From the NCBI GenBank assembly GCA_964016885.1, contig OZ024756.1, forward strand, positions 8,308,001 through 8,372,000: a stretch of DNA of 64,000 nt, written 5' to 3'. The position numbers and the translations under genes were made by a program. The notes below the pieces were generated by a model that saw nothing but the letters and a program-made list of their open reading frames with translations, did not search any database and was not told the DNA's origin. Source of the stretch: Eledone cirrhosa (taxonomy: Eukaryota). Below are positions 48,011 through 61,110 of the stretch, piece by piece; positions within the stretch are counted from its first letter, which is position 1, and the number at the start of each line of letters is the position of its first letter.

Positions 48011-48169
48011 TTTAATGTATAATAACTTACATAGAGCACTCTTCATTTTTCAACGGAAACTTCAATATATTTTTTTTTTAATTGATCGACTTTCGTCAAA
48101 TCGGACCGAGGAAACAATGTTTCCGTCGGTCTTTCCAGTTGCTAGTACTATCTATCGGTCGCAACTCCA

Positions 48170-48296
48170 GGTAGAAGGAACAACGTGAAATAAAGTGTCT
48201 TGCCCAAGGACATAACGCATCGCCCGGTCCACGAATCGAACTCACAACCTCAAGATTGTGAATCCAATTCTCTAACCACTCAGCCACACGCCTTCA
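48170..48296 (-). mobile_element. tRNA-derived SINE family 2 head
   Basis: Minus strand TGGCTGAGTGG (A box), GAGTTCGATTC (B box), then TGTCCTTGGGCAAGACACTT. Confidence 0.7.
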
Positions 48297-48313
48297 CAAA
48301 CTTCAATATATAT

Positions 48314-48668
48314 ACAATATATTAATAAATGGAAACTATATTTATAAAACCATATTTATTTTCTTATACATATTTCAAGGGCAACCAAGGCAAATTATGG
48401 TGCGCTTTCATCAGATAAAATACAGATTTGTTTTAGAAATAAATATTGACATACCCGGAAAAAAAGACAACCTTAACGGTTGAAGCTTCCTGGAAGCTTC
48501 AACCGTTAAGGTTGTCTTTTTTTCCGGGTATGTCAATAATTATTTATAAAACAAATTTGTATTTTATCTGATGAAAGCGCACCATAATTTGCCTTGGTGG
48601 CCCTTGAAATATGTATAAGAAAATAAATATGGTTTTATAAATATAGTTTCCATTTATTAATATATTGT
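48314..48668. repeat. Near-perfect palindrome of about 355 bp centred at 48491
   Basis: ...CCTTAACGGTTGAAGCTTCC T GGAAGCTTCAACCGTTAAGG...; the arms match over about 177 bp with few mismatches. Confidence 0.93.
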
Positions 48669-48756
48669 GTATTTACTCCACTAATCTGTTGAGTGCTTTA
48701 TATCAGTTATAAACATTTTTAAGCTTGTTGAATCCCAACAAATTAAATATAACCTC

Positions 48757-48795
<39 letters not shown>

Positions 48796-49314
48796 GATGA
48801 AAAACTTAACAAAATTCTTATATTGAACAAAAAATCAAATCAAATGTGACAAAAATAAATTCATAAATAAAAATACATTTATACAAATAATTGTTTCTAC
48901 TTTAGGCACAAGGCCAGCAATTACCCAGTGCATTACTGGTACTTTATTTTATCGACCCCGTAAGGATGAAAGGCAAAGTCAACCTACATTTATACAAATA
49001 ATAAAATGTAGACAAAAAAAGGAGTGAAGGGAGTTTTAAACAACAAAAAAGAAAAAAAAAAGAATACAATGTTTATGACTACTACTAATATAACAGAGAA
49101 AGGTAGGAAGAAACATGCAACAACACATATTGATTTGAGTAAAATCTAAAATACATGGAGTGAAGGAATTGTCACAAAGATAATAACAGCAACAATGGAC
49201 ATGTTGGAGAAATAGGCTTGGAGCTAAATGATAAATGGTAATATTTAGGCTGCTAAAACTAGACAAGCTCAAGAGTTCATAAAACATAAATGGACACATA
49301 TGAACACATATATG

Positions 49315-49363
<49 letters not shown>

Positions 49364-49396
49364 ATAAATGTGCTGCGGAGTTGCAAATGGGTTACA

Positions 49397-49508
49397 TATG
49401 AATAAAGTGGTCCTTCATCAGTGATCTTCCAACCATCATCGGTATTTCTTCGCTTTCAAAAGCGAAGAAATACCGATGATGGTTGGAAGATCACTGATGA
49501 AGGACCAC

Positions 49509-49519
<11 letters not shown>
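49397..49519. repeat. Palindrome of about 120 bp centred at 49457-49458, between (TA)n tracts
   Basis: ATAAAGTGGTCCTTCATCAGTGATC...CGCTTT CA AAAGCG...GATCACTGATGAAGGACCACTTTAT. Confidence 0.92.
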
Positions 49520-49578
<59 letters not shown>

Positions 49579-49847
49579 GATATAGATATATATAAATGTG
49601 TGTGTGTGAATATATATATGTGCGTGTGTGTAGATATATATATATAAATGTGTGTGTGACTATATATATATGTGTGTGTGTGTGTGACTATATATATGTA
49701 TGTTCAAAGCATAAAGTACTCTTCGTTGGAGAGTGAAGGTTGATAGAACTGGTGCAGCTCAGTGCCAAAGTACTCACAGAAATAAGAGGGAGAAACATTA
49801 TCTGTCAATATAAGAAGGTAAATCATGCAAAATACCGATTGTTGGAG

Positions 49848-51620
49848 TACATACACAGTTCCTACTTTACATACACAGTACCTTCTTTACATACAGTACC
49901 TACTTTACATACACAGTACCTACTTTACATACACAGTACCTACTTTACATACAGTACCTACTTTACATACACAGTACCTTCTTTACATACAGTACCTACT
50001 TTACATACACAGTACCTTCTTTACACACAGTACCTTCTTTACATACAGTACCTACTTTACATACAGTACCTACTTTACATACACAGTACCTTCTTTACAT
50101 ACACAGTACCTACTTTACATACACAGTACCTACTTTACATACACAGTACCTTCTTTACACACAGTACCTTCTTTACATACACAGTACCTACTTTACATAC
50201 ACAGTACCTACTTTACATACACAGTACCTACTTTACATACACAGTACCTTCTTTACATACAGTACCTACTTTACATACACAGTACCTACTTTACATACAC
50301 AGTACCTACTTTACATACAGTACCTATTTTACATACACAGTACCTACTTTACATACACAGTACCTTCTTTACATACAGTACCTTCTTTACATACACAGTA
50401 CCTTCTTTACATACAGTACCTACTTTACATACACAGTACCTACTTTACATACACAGTACCTTCTTTACATACACAGTACCTACTTTACATACACAGTACC
50501 TTCTTTACATACAGTACCTATTTTACATACACAGTACCTACTTTACATACACAGTACCTTCTTTACACACAGTACCTACTTTACATACAGTACCTACTTT
50601 ACATACACAGTACCTACTTTACATACACAGTACCTTCTTTACATACAGTACCTACTTTACATACACAGTACCTTCTTTACATACACAGTACCTTCTTTAC
50701 ATACACAGTACCTTCTTTACATACACAGTACCTACTTTACATACACAGCACCTTCTTTACATACACAGTACCTTCTTTACATACAGTACCTACTTTACAT
50801 ACACAGTACCTTCTTTACATACAGTACCTACTTTACATACAGTACCTTCTTTACATACACAGTACCTTCTTTACATACACAGTACCTTCTTTACATACAC
50901 AGTACCTTTTTTACATACACAGTACCTTCTTTACATACAGTACCTTCGGTACACACACAGTACCTTCTTTACATACACAGTACCTACTTTACATACACAG
51001 TACCTTCTTTACATACAGTACCTTCTTTACATAGAGTACCTTCTTTACACACACAGTACCTTCTTTACATACACAGTAACTTCTTTACATACAGTACCTT
51101 CTTTACATACACAGTACCTTCTTTACATACACAGTACCTTCTTTACATAGAGTACCTTCTTTACACACACAGTACCTTCTTTACATACAGTACCTTCTTT
51201 ACATACACAGTACCTTCTTTACATACACAGTACCTTCTTTACATACAGTACCTTCTTTACATACAGTACCTTCTTTACATACAGTACCTTCTTTACATAC
51301 AGTACCTTCTTTACATACACAGTACCTTCTTTACATACAGTACCTTCTTTACATACAGTACCTTCTTTACATACACAGTACCTTCTTTACATACAGTACC
51401 TTCTTTACATACAGTACCTACTTTACATACACAGTACCTACTTTACATACAGTACCTACTTTACATACACAGTACCTTCTTTACACACACACTACCTTCT
51501 TTACACACACACTACCTTCTTTACACACACAGTACCTTCTTTACACACACAGTACCTTCTTTACACACAGTACCTTCTTTACACACACAGTACCTTCTTT
51601 ACACACAGTACCTTCTTTAT
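49848..51620. repeat. 18/20-bp minisatellite (AC)ACAGTACCT(A/T)CTTTACAT
   Basis: Direct periodicity. Confidence 0.95.
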
Positions 51621-52080
51621 ACAACAGTGATCACATTGGATGGTGGAAGGAGCCCTGTGAGGTGGAGTGGCTATTGTAATGGGTCGCTGGCCATTGTCTG
51701 TGGGGTGCAGCCCCTTTACCACCTCGCCCTGGGCCCAATCATCCTCCCCCTCCTGGAGCACAAGAGTCCTTGCCATTCCCTCCCTTTTCCAGTCTTTTTT
51801 CTTTATATTTTGCTATTTTACATTCCATTCTTTCTCCTCAATCTAAATTTTCTTTTTTTCTGTTTCTATTAAACTCTATTTACATGATATATTCCAGAAA
51901 TAAAGAATTTATTCTGTATACCTCAGAATAGGGAGGATTTCAGCTGAAATTCGTAAAAATAGGGAGTTCAGCTGCAATTCCTCAGAATAGGGGTCATGAG
52001 GTTAACCCTTTTGTTATGAACCTGGCTAAAACTGGCTCTGGTTCTCTGAAATAAAGCCAACTATTTTAAAGGTTTCCAAT

Positions 52081-52296
52081 TTAACCTTTTAGCATTTAAA
52101 CCGGCCGTATCCGGCTAGAATTCTCTCACCTCTCTCTGTTCAAACTGGCCATAACCAGCTGCTCATACTTATGTTAAGGTATTGTTCTCAAAATATATAG
52201 TATCAAAATCTCATAGATTCGATATTATGTAAGATAAAGTGTTTACCATGAAAATACAGGAGTAAATATAAAGTAATGTAAATGCTAAAGGGTTAA
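52081..52296 (+). mobile_element. TTAA MITE family B monomer (piggyBac-like, about 215 bp); partial copies at 34568-34699 and 62960-63084
   Basis: TTAA CCTTTTAGCATTTA ... TAAATGCTAAAGGG TTAA terminal inverted repeats. Confidence 0.8.
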
Positions 52297-52316
52297 ATTA
52301 AAATCTTCCAACATAA

Positions 52317-53244
52317 TCTATATATATAAAACTGAGGATGTCTGTCTGTGTGTGTGTGAGCTTGAATCCTTAAATTTGGAGAAGCACCCAACCAATTGTT
52401 TTCAAACTTTACACATGTAATACTTGTCTCAGGGAGTGTTTTGAGAAAAAGAAATTCAAATTTTCAATGCCCTAGGGACCGCATTAGGCGATTTAGCGAT
52501 CTCTCTCTATAACTCTTAGTCTTTCTCTTTTTAGATAGATACATACAAATAACGTCACGCCCTTATAATATCTGTCTGTATGTCTGGCTGTCTGCATTAC
52601 GTCACTTCCCTGAGGATGTCTATCTGTGTGTGTGTGTGTGTTTGTGAGTTTGAATCCCTAAAACTCGAGAAGTACCCAACCGACCTTTTTCAAACTTTAC
52701 ATGTGTATTACTTATGTTTCATGGAGCGTTATGCACATAAAAAATTCAACTTTTTGATTGCCTAGGACCTGCATTAGGTGAAAAACTGCGTTTTTTCAAG
52801 TTTTTAGGGTTTTTTTTAGGTGTTACGTCAGACTGATTTCCTTGAAATTGTAACTATGTATTAATCAGTCTCTTATTCATACCATGAGCAAAGAAAATCC
52901 AACTTTTTTATGGCCTAGGGCCTGCATTAGGTGAATAACTTCATTTTTTTCATCTCTTTAGGGCTTTTTTGAGGTGTTACGTCTAGCCGATTTTCCCGAA
53001 ATTTCAGGGCATATTATGCACATAAAAAAAATTCATTTTCTTGATCCCCTAGGGTCCGCATTAGGTGAAAACCTGCATTTTTCCTGCTTCATCGAGGAAA
53101 ATCTTAAAGATTATCCAGCCATCAGAGTATTCAGTTTATTTTCTTTACATATTGTCGAGGCATGCAGTTTTTCCATGATTAGGTCTGTTGGTGGCCCGCA
53201 TTCCAAAATACCTTATCCCGTGCAATGCCGGGTTCCACTGCTAG
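52317..53244 (+). mobile_element. Non-autonomous Helitron-like element
   Basis: A|TC 5' end, subterminal hairpin CCCGTGCAATGCCGGG, CTAG|T 3' end, internal repeats of CCTAGG...GCATTAGGTG. Confidence 0.72.
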
Positions 53245-53589
53245 TTTTATATAAGAACCTTGCATTAAGTTACTGTCTTCTCACTGCTTATTGTGAAGAC
53301 ATTGTAATCTATATTATGTAGAACCTCAATGATGAGGAAGTTAGTGCCAAATGATGTAACTGGTGAGAAAGTGTCTGAACAAGTATCCTCTACTTCCAAC
53401 TAACTGCCTTAGCTAAGCTTAGTATTGCCACAACCATGGCTGGCAAAGAAGTAAGGGTTTGGTGGTGTGTAAGTAAGCAACACTGTGGCTTAAAACGTGA
53501 GGAAGAAGTTGTGTGCACTTACCAACTGTTTGGGGAATGAGAGTGAGATTTGTCTTGAGCAAGGGTGGCAGAATAACCGGAGGCATCAG

Positions 53590-53944
53590 ACAGCCAGACA
53601 TACAGACAGATATTATAAGGGCGTGTTCTGGACGGAGAGGGAATTGTGGGAAGTGACGTAATACAGATAGCCAGACATACAGACAGATATTATAAGGGCA
53701 CGACGTTATATGTATGTATTTATCTAAAAAGAGAAAGACTAAGAATTATAGAGAGAGAGCGCTAAATTGCCTAATGCGGTCCCTAGGGCATTGAAAATTT
53801 GAATTTCTTTTTGCTCAGAACACTCCCTGAAACATAAGTATTACATCTGTAAAGTTTGAAAAAAGTCGGTTGGGTACTTCTCTAGTTTTATGGATTCAAA
53901 CTCACACACACACAGACAGACATCTTCAGTTTTATATATATAGA
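53590..53944 (-). mobile_element. Inverted 5' portion of the same Helitron-like family
   Basis: 53648-53944 is the approximate reverse complement of 52317-52610. Confidence 0.75.
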
Positions 53945-53957
53945 TTATTATACTTAC

Positions 53958-54030
53958 TTTTTCTTTGGATTTTGGAAATATATCTTTTTTGGGAAATCTG
54001 AAAGTTGGTCTTTTGATTTTGGAAGGACTC
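53958..54030 (-). CDS. RALBP1: RALBP1 coding exon 3 (KSPSKIKRPTFRFPKKDIFPKSKEK)
   Basis: Poly-T tract plus CAG acceptor, GTAAGT donor, 73 nt; SPSKxKR matches RLIP76. Confidence 0.88.
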
Positions 54031-54227
54031 CTGAAAAAAAAAAAAAAAGAAAACTTTACATCAGATTCATCATCATCACCATTTTATGTCCATTCTTCCA
54101 CATTTACATAGGTTAAACAAGTTGTATTGTTGTGGGCAATGCTAGGTCATGTGACCATGTCTTGTTCATACAGAACTGATTGTGGCTTGGTTTCTACAGA
54201 TGGATGCCCTCCCTAAAGCCAACCTAA

Positions 54228-57200
54228 TTTACAGTGAATATTGGGTGCTTTTTGTCATGACACCTACATGACCACTTTACAGTGTGGACTGGGTACTTTT
54301 TGTCATGACACCTACATGACCACTTTACAGCGTGGACTGGGTACTTTTTGTCATGACACCTACATAACCACTTTACAGTGTGGACTGGGTACTTTTTGTC
54401 ATGACACCTACATAACCACTTTGCAGTGTGGACTGGGTACTTTTTGTCATGACACCTACATAACCACTTTACAGTGTAGACTGGGTACTTTTTGTCATGA
54501 CACCTACATAACCACTTTACAGTGTGGACTGGGTACTTTTTGTCATGACACCTACATGACCACTTTACAGTGTGGACTGGGTACTTTTTGTCATGACACC
54601 TACATAACCACTTTACAGTGTGGACTGGGTACTTTTTGTCATGACACCTACATAACCACTTTACAGTGTGGACTGGGTACTTTTTGTCATGACACCTACA
54701 TGACCACTTTACAGTGTGGACTAGGTACTTTTTGTCATGACACCTACATGACCACTTTACAGTGTGGACTGGGTACTTTTTGTCATGACACCTACATAAC
54801 CACTTTACAGTGTGGACTGGGTACTTTTTGTCATGACACCTACATGACCACTTTACAGTGTGGACTGGGTACTTTTTGTCATGACACCTACATGACCACT
54901 TTACAGTGTGGACTGGGTACTTTTTGTCATGACACCTACATGACTACTTTACAGTGTGGACTGGGTACTTTTTGTCATGACACCTACATAACCACTTTAC
55001 AGTGTGGACTGGGTACTTTTTGTCATGACACCTACATGACCACTTTACAGTGTGGACTGGGTACTTTTTGTCATGACACCTACATGACCACTTTACAGTG
55101 TGGACTGGGTACTTTTTGTCATGACACCTACATGACCATTTTACAGTGTGGACTAGGTACTTTTTGTCATGACACCTACATGACCACTTTACAGTGTGGA
55201 CTGGGTACTTTTTGTCATGGCACCTACATGACCACTTTACAGTGTGGACTGGGTACTTTTTGTCATGACACCTACATGACCACTTTACAGTGTGGACTGG
55301 GTACTTTTTGTCATGACACCTACATGACCACTTTACAGTGTGGACTGGGTACTTTTTGTCATGACACCTACATGACCACTTTACAGTGTGGACTGGGTAC
55401 TTTTTGTCATGGCACCTACATGACCACTTTACAGTGTGGACTGGGTACTTTTTGTCATGACACCTACATAACCACTTTACAGTGTGGACTGGGTACTTTT
55501 TGTCATGGCACATACATGACCACTTTACAGTGTGGACTGGGTACTTTTTGTCATGACACCTACATAACCACTTTACAGTGTGGACTGGGTACTTTTTGTC
55601 ATGACACCTACATAACCACTTTACAGTGTGGACTGGGTACTTTTTGTCTTGACACCTACATGACCACTTTACAGTGTGGACTGGGTACTTTTTGTCATGA
55701 CACCTACATGACCACTTTACAGTGTGGACTGGGTACTTTTTGTCATGACACCTACATGACCACTTTACAGTGTGGACTGGGTACTTTTTGTCATGACACT
55801 TACATAACCACTTTACAGTGTGGACTGGGTACTTTTTGTCATGACACCTACATGACCACTTTACAGTGTGGACTGGGTACTTTTTGTCATGACACCTACA
55901 TGACCACTTTACAGTGTGGACTGGGTACTTTTTGTCATGACACCTACATGACCACTTTACAGTGTGGACTGGGTACTTTTTGTCATGACACCTACATAAC
56001 CACTTTACAGTGTGGACTGGGTACTTTTTGTCTTGACACCTACATGACCACTTTACAGTGTGGACTGGGTACTTTTTGTCATGACACCTACAAGACCACT
56101 TTACAGTGTGGACTGGGTACTTTTTGTCATGACACCTACATGACCACTTTACAGTGTGGACTGGGTACTTTTTGTCATGACACCTACATGACCACTTTAC
56201 AGTGTGGACTGGGTACTTTTTGTCATGACACCTACATGACCACTTTACAGTGTGGACTGGGTACTTTTTGTCATGACACTTACATAACCACTTTACAGTG
56301 TGGACGGGGTACTTTTTGTCATGACACCTACATGACCACTTTACAGTGTGGACTGGGTACTTTTTGTCATGACACCTACATGACCACTTTACAGTGAGGA
56401 CTGGGTACTTTTTGTCATGACACCTACATGACCACTTTACAGTGTGGACTGGGTACTTTTTGTCATGGCACCTACATGACCACTTTACAGTGTGGACTGG
56501 GTACTTTTTGTCATGACACCTACATAACCACTTTACAGTGTGGACTGGGTACTTTTTGTCATGGCACCTAAATGACCACTTTACAGTGTGGACTGGGTAC
56601 TTTTTGTCATGACACCTACATGACCACTTTACAGTGTGGACTGGGTACTTTTTGTCATGACACCTACATGACCACTTTACAGTGTGGACTGGGTACTTTT
56701 TGTCATGGCACCTACATGACCACTTTACAGTGTGGACTGGGTACTTTTTGTCATGACACCTACATGACCACTTTACAGTGTGGACTGGGTACTTTTTGTC
56801 ATGACACCTACATAACCACTTTACAGTGTGGACTGGGTACTTTTTGTCATGACACCTACATAACCACTTTACAGTGTGGACTGGGTACTTTTTGTCTTGA
56901 CACCTACATGACCACTTTACAGTGTGGACTGGGTACTTTTTGTCATGACACCTACATGACCACTTTACAGTGTGGACTGGGTACTTTTTGTCATGACACC
57001 TACATGACCACTTTACAGTGTGGACTGGGTACTTTTTGTCATGACACTTACATAACCACTTTACAGTGTGGACTGGGTACTTTTTGTCATGACACCTACA
57101 TGACCACTTTACAGTGTGGACTGGGTACTTTTTGTCATGACACCTACATGACCACTTTACAGTGTGGACTGGGTACTTTTTGTCATGACACCTACATGAC

Positions 57201-58352
57201 CACTTTACAGTGTGGACTGGGTACTTTTTGTCATGACACCTACATAACCACTTTACAGTGTGGACTGGGTACTTTTTGTCTTGACACCTACATGACCACT
57301 TTACAGTGTGGACTGGGTACTTTTTGTCATGACACCTACATGACCACTTTACAGTGTGGACTGGGTACTTTTTGTCATGACACCTACATGACCACTTTAC
57401 AGTGTGGACTGGGTACTTTTTGTCATGACACCTACATGACCACTTTACAGTGTGGACTGGGTACTTTTTGTCATGACACCTACATGACCACTTTACAGTG
57501 TGGACTGGGTACTTTTTGTCATGACACCTACATGACCACTTTACAGTGTGGACTGGGTACTTTTTGTCATGACACCTACATGACCACTTTACAGTGTGGA
57601 CTGGGTACTTTTTGTCATGACACCTACGTGACCACTTTACAGTGTGGACTGGGTACTTTTTGTCATGGCACCTACATGACCACTTTACAGTGTGGACTGG
57701 GTACTTTTTGTCATGACACCTACATAACCACTTTACAGTGTGGACTGGGTACTTTTTGTCATGGCACCTACATGACCACTTTACAGTGTGGACTGGGTAC
57801 TTTTTGTCATGACACCTACATGACCACTTTACAGTGTGGACTGGGTACTTTTTGTCATGACACCTACATAACCACTTTACAGTGTGGACTGGGTACTTTT
57901 TGTCATGACACCTACATAACCACTTTACAGTGTGGACTGGGTACTTTTTGTCATGACACCTACATGACCACTTTACAGTGTGGACTGGGTACTTTTTGTC
58001 ATGACACCTACATGACCACTTTACAGTGTGGACTGGGTACTTTTTGTCATGGCACCTACATGACCACTTTACAGTGTGGACTGGGTACTTTTTGTCATGA
58101 CACCTACATGACCACTTTACAGTGTGGACTGGGTACTTTTTGTCATGGCACCTACATGACCACTTTACAGTGTGGACTGGGTACTTTTTGTCATGACACC
58201 TACATAACCACTTTACAGTGTGGACTGGGTACTTTTTGTCATGGCACCTACATGACCACTTTACAGTGTGGACTGGGTACTTTTTGTCATGACACCTACA
58301 TGACCACTTTACAGTGTGGACTGGGTACTTTTTGTCATGACACTTACATGAC
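54228..58352. repeat. 48-bp tandem satellite (about 86 copies), TTACAGTGTGGACTGGGTACTTTTTGTCATGACACCTACATGACCACT, inside a minus-strand RTE 3' end
   Basis: Direct periodicity. The left flank 54067-54235 is a reverse-oriented RTE tail and 3' UTR: (CAT)n ... TTCTACAGATGGATGCCCTCCCTAA. Confidence 0.97.
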
Positions 58353-58849
58353 AAAACCTTCAGTGCACCAGAGAGACCTGCCTACATGTAAATAATATAC
58401 AATAAATAAAATCATTAATTTATATATAATAAATAATATAATATATACTATGTATAAATAAATAATTACATATTTTATATTTTACTATATTTATATATAT
58501 GTATCATTTGATATTTAATATACTATTATAAAATCTCTACCCCCCTACCTTAGGCTCCAGCACCCCCTGGACCTTCTCAACACCCCCTTTGGGGTGGTAG
58601 CACCTACTTTGAAAACCTCTGATCAACAGGGACCAGGTCAGTACTGAAGTGGTGGCTACTCATCTCCCAGACAAGCCAAAGATCTGTCTTCTCGCGTATG
58701 TAAAGTCTCACATTCTAACGAGTGCACAGGGAAGCTTGTCATGGACACAACTGGGGGTGCTTCCAAACCCTTTGTCAAGCTTTCTATGGCTGGGTGCCAT
58801 TCCTATCAACAACACTTTACATCTTACAACTGGGTACATTTATCGTGTA

Positions 58850-59645
58850 GACTGGAAAGGCAACTGGTCCATCGGGTATAGTTGCCGAGATGCTGAAGGC
58901 ATCTGGGTCGGTAGGTCACACCATAACCACAGGTATTGATAACCAGGTAATACTAGGTGTCATACCAAAGGATTGGTGCAGTAGCATCATTGTCAACTGC
59001 TACAAAGGTAAAGGTGATGCACTAGATAGCAGGTCGTGAAAGTAACAGAAAGAGTTATAGCACAGTTGATTAGGGACCAGGTGAAACTAGATGAGATGCA
59101 ATTTAGGTTTGTACCAGGAAGAGGCACCACTGATGCCCTCTTCCTTGTGAGGCAGTTACAGGAAAAGTACTTAGCTAAAAGTACGCCGCTCTACCTGGCA
59201 TTCGTCGACCTTGAGAAAGCCTTTGACAGAGTTCCACGTGCAGTAATCTGGTGGGCTCTTAGAAAACTAGGAGTAGATGAATGGCTTGTGAAAGCTGAAC
59301 AAGCCATGTATAGGGGAGCAGTCAGCAAAGTTAGGATTAGCAATGAGTATAGGGAGGAATTTACCGTACAGGTCGGTGTCCACCAGGGCTCTGTTCTTAG
59401 CCCTCTCCTGTTCATCATAGTTCTGCAGGCAATAACAGAGGAGTTTAAGACCGGATGCCCATGGGAACTCCTGTATGTTGATGACCTCGCACTTATAGCT
59501 GAATCTATGGTAGTACTAGAGAAGAAATTCCAAACTTGGAAGCAGGGACTAGAAAGAAAGGGTCTCAAAGTCAACCTGACAAAGACTAAGGTCCTTGTAA
59601 GTAGACGAGAAAACAGAACCCAGATCCCCTCAGGGAAATGGCGTT
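58850..59645 (+). pseudogene. Internal RT fragment of a related RTE element, decayed
   Basis: TGKATGPSGIVAEMLKA... then the 204-aa track ORF with FVDLEKAFDRV, GVHQGSVLSPLLF and YVDD; frameshift and deletion upstream; truncated at SGKW. Confidence 0.9.
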
Positions 59646-59646
59646 G

Positions 59647-60302
59647 CTAACACCTTACACCACCATACTAACACCTTACACCACCATATTAACACCTTAC
59701 ACCACCATATTAACACCTTACACCACCATACTAACACCTTACACTACCATACTAACACCATTTACTACCATAGTAATACTTTACACTACCATACTAACAC
59801 CATACACCACCATACTAACACCTGACACCACCACACTAACACCTTACACCACTATACTAACACCATACACTACCATACACCACCATACACCTTACACCAC
59901 CATACGCCACCATACACCACCACACTAACACTACCATACTAACACCGTACACCACCATACTAACACCATACGCCACCATACTAACACCATATGCCACCAT
60001 ACTAACACCTTACACTACCACACTAACACTACCATACTAACACCATACGCCACCATACGCCACCATACTAACACCTTACACTACCACACTAACACTACCA
60101 TACTAACACCACCATACACCACCATACTAACACCTTACACCACCACACTAACACTACCGTACTAACACCTAACACTACCATACTAACACCTTACACTACC
60201 ATACTAACACCTTACACTACCACACTAACACTACCATACTAACACCTTACACTACCACACTAACACTACCATACTAACACTTCAATACTAACACCATACA
60301 CT
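59647..60302. repeat. 21-bp-based C/A-rich minisatellite (CTAACACCTTACACCACCATA)
   Basis: Direct periodicity. Confidence 0.9.
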
Positions 60303-60335
60303 GCTATTCCTTACAAAACAACAAAAGTTATTTAC

Positions 60336-60486
60336 TTCATGTCTTCCATATTGACTAGCTGCTCCTCTTCAGAATCCTCCTCTTCAAACATCATATAACC
60401 TTTGTCTTTCTTTTCTTTACGACTCTCTTTCTTCTTCTTTTCTGAGTCCTTCTTCTTGCCTTGCCGTTCATTGTCATCTTCACCAA
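60336..60486 (-). CDS. RALBP1: RALBP1 coding exon 2 (IGEDDNERQGKKKDSEKKKKESRKEKKDKGYMMFEEEDSEEEQLVNMEDM)
   Basis: Corresponds to RLIP76 DDEKDHGKKK...EGYAAFQEDSS. AG/GT boundaries, 151 nt, phase consistent. Confidence 0.9.
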
Positions 60487-60883
60487 CTATAAACAAAATA
60501 ATCATAGCAAATGTGATAGTCCTAGACGAAGAAAATAACTAAATACAGTTGAAATATAATAGTAAATATATAGTAATGTAATTGTTAAAGGGTTAAATTG
60601 AAAATTGTGTAAAAAAAAGTTTTATGGATGGAAATACATCAACAGAGGTATTGCACCCAATTTTCCAAGCTATTATTTATAGCAATCAACTGTATTTACA
60701 GTTAGATTTGGACCATTTTCTAACTAGCCAGAGCTTCAGTAGTTTGATATTTTGCAAATAAAACATATTTTCAGTTATATTAGTATATTAATCTATTCTA
60801 AGTTGTTATGGACATCTGATGACAATCGCTGGGTGAAGAAGTGCCAGGAAATACCAGTGGTAGGAAGCTGCAGTAGAGGTAGA

Positions 60884-61110
60884 TTAACCCTTTAGCAGTT
60901 ACATTACTCTATATATATTATTATATTTTTGTGATAAAGGCTTTATCTCATTTAATTATCTCACATAATCTCGAATCTATGAGATTTTGATATTTTATTT
61001 TGAGAACAATACCTTAACATCAGTGTGAGTGGCAAGTTATGGCCATTTTGAACAGAAAGAGGTGAGAGAATTCTGGCTGGATATGGCCAGTTTAAATGCT
61101 AAAGGGTTAA
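60884..61110 (-). mobile_element. TTAA MITE family B inserted into an RTE remnant (about 60805-61240)
   Basis: Duplicated TTAA; removal restores GGTAGATTAAGGAAGACCTGG (GRLRKTW). Confidence 0.82.

Noticed and set aside
49740-51872. 710- and 441-aa ORFs
   Set aside because: Translation of the 18/20-bp minisatellite.
54241-58395. 718-, 607- and 1136-aa Cys/His-rich ORFs on both strands
   Set aside because: They are translations of a 48-bp unit (a multiple of 3) that lacks stops. The unit derives from a non-coding LINE UTR and lies in an intron, with no unique domains or splice support.
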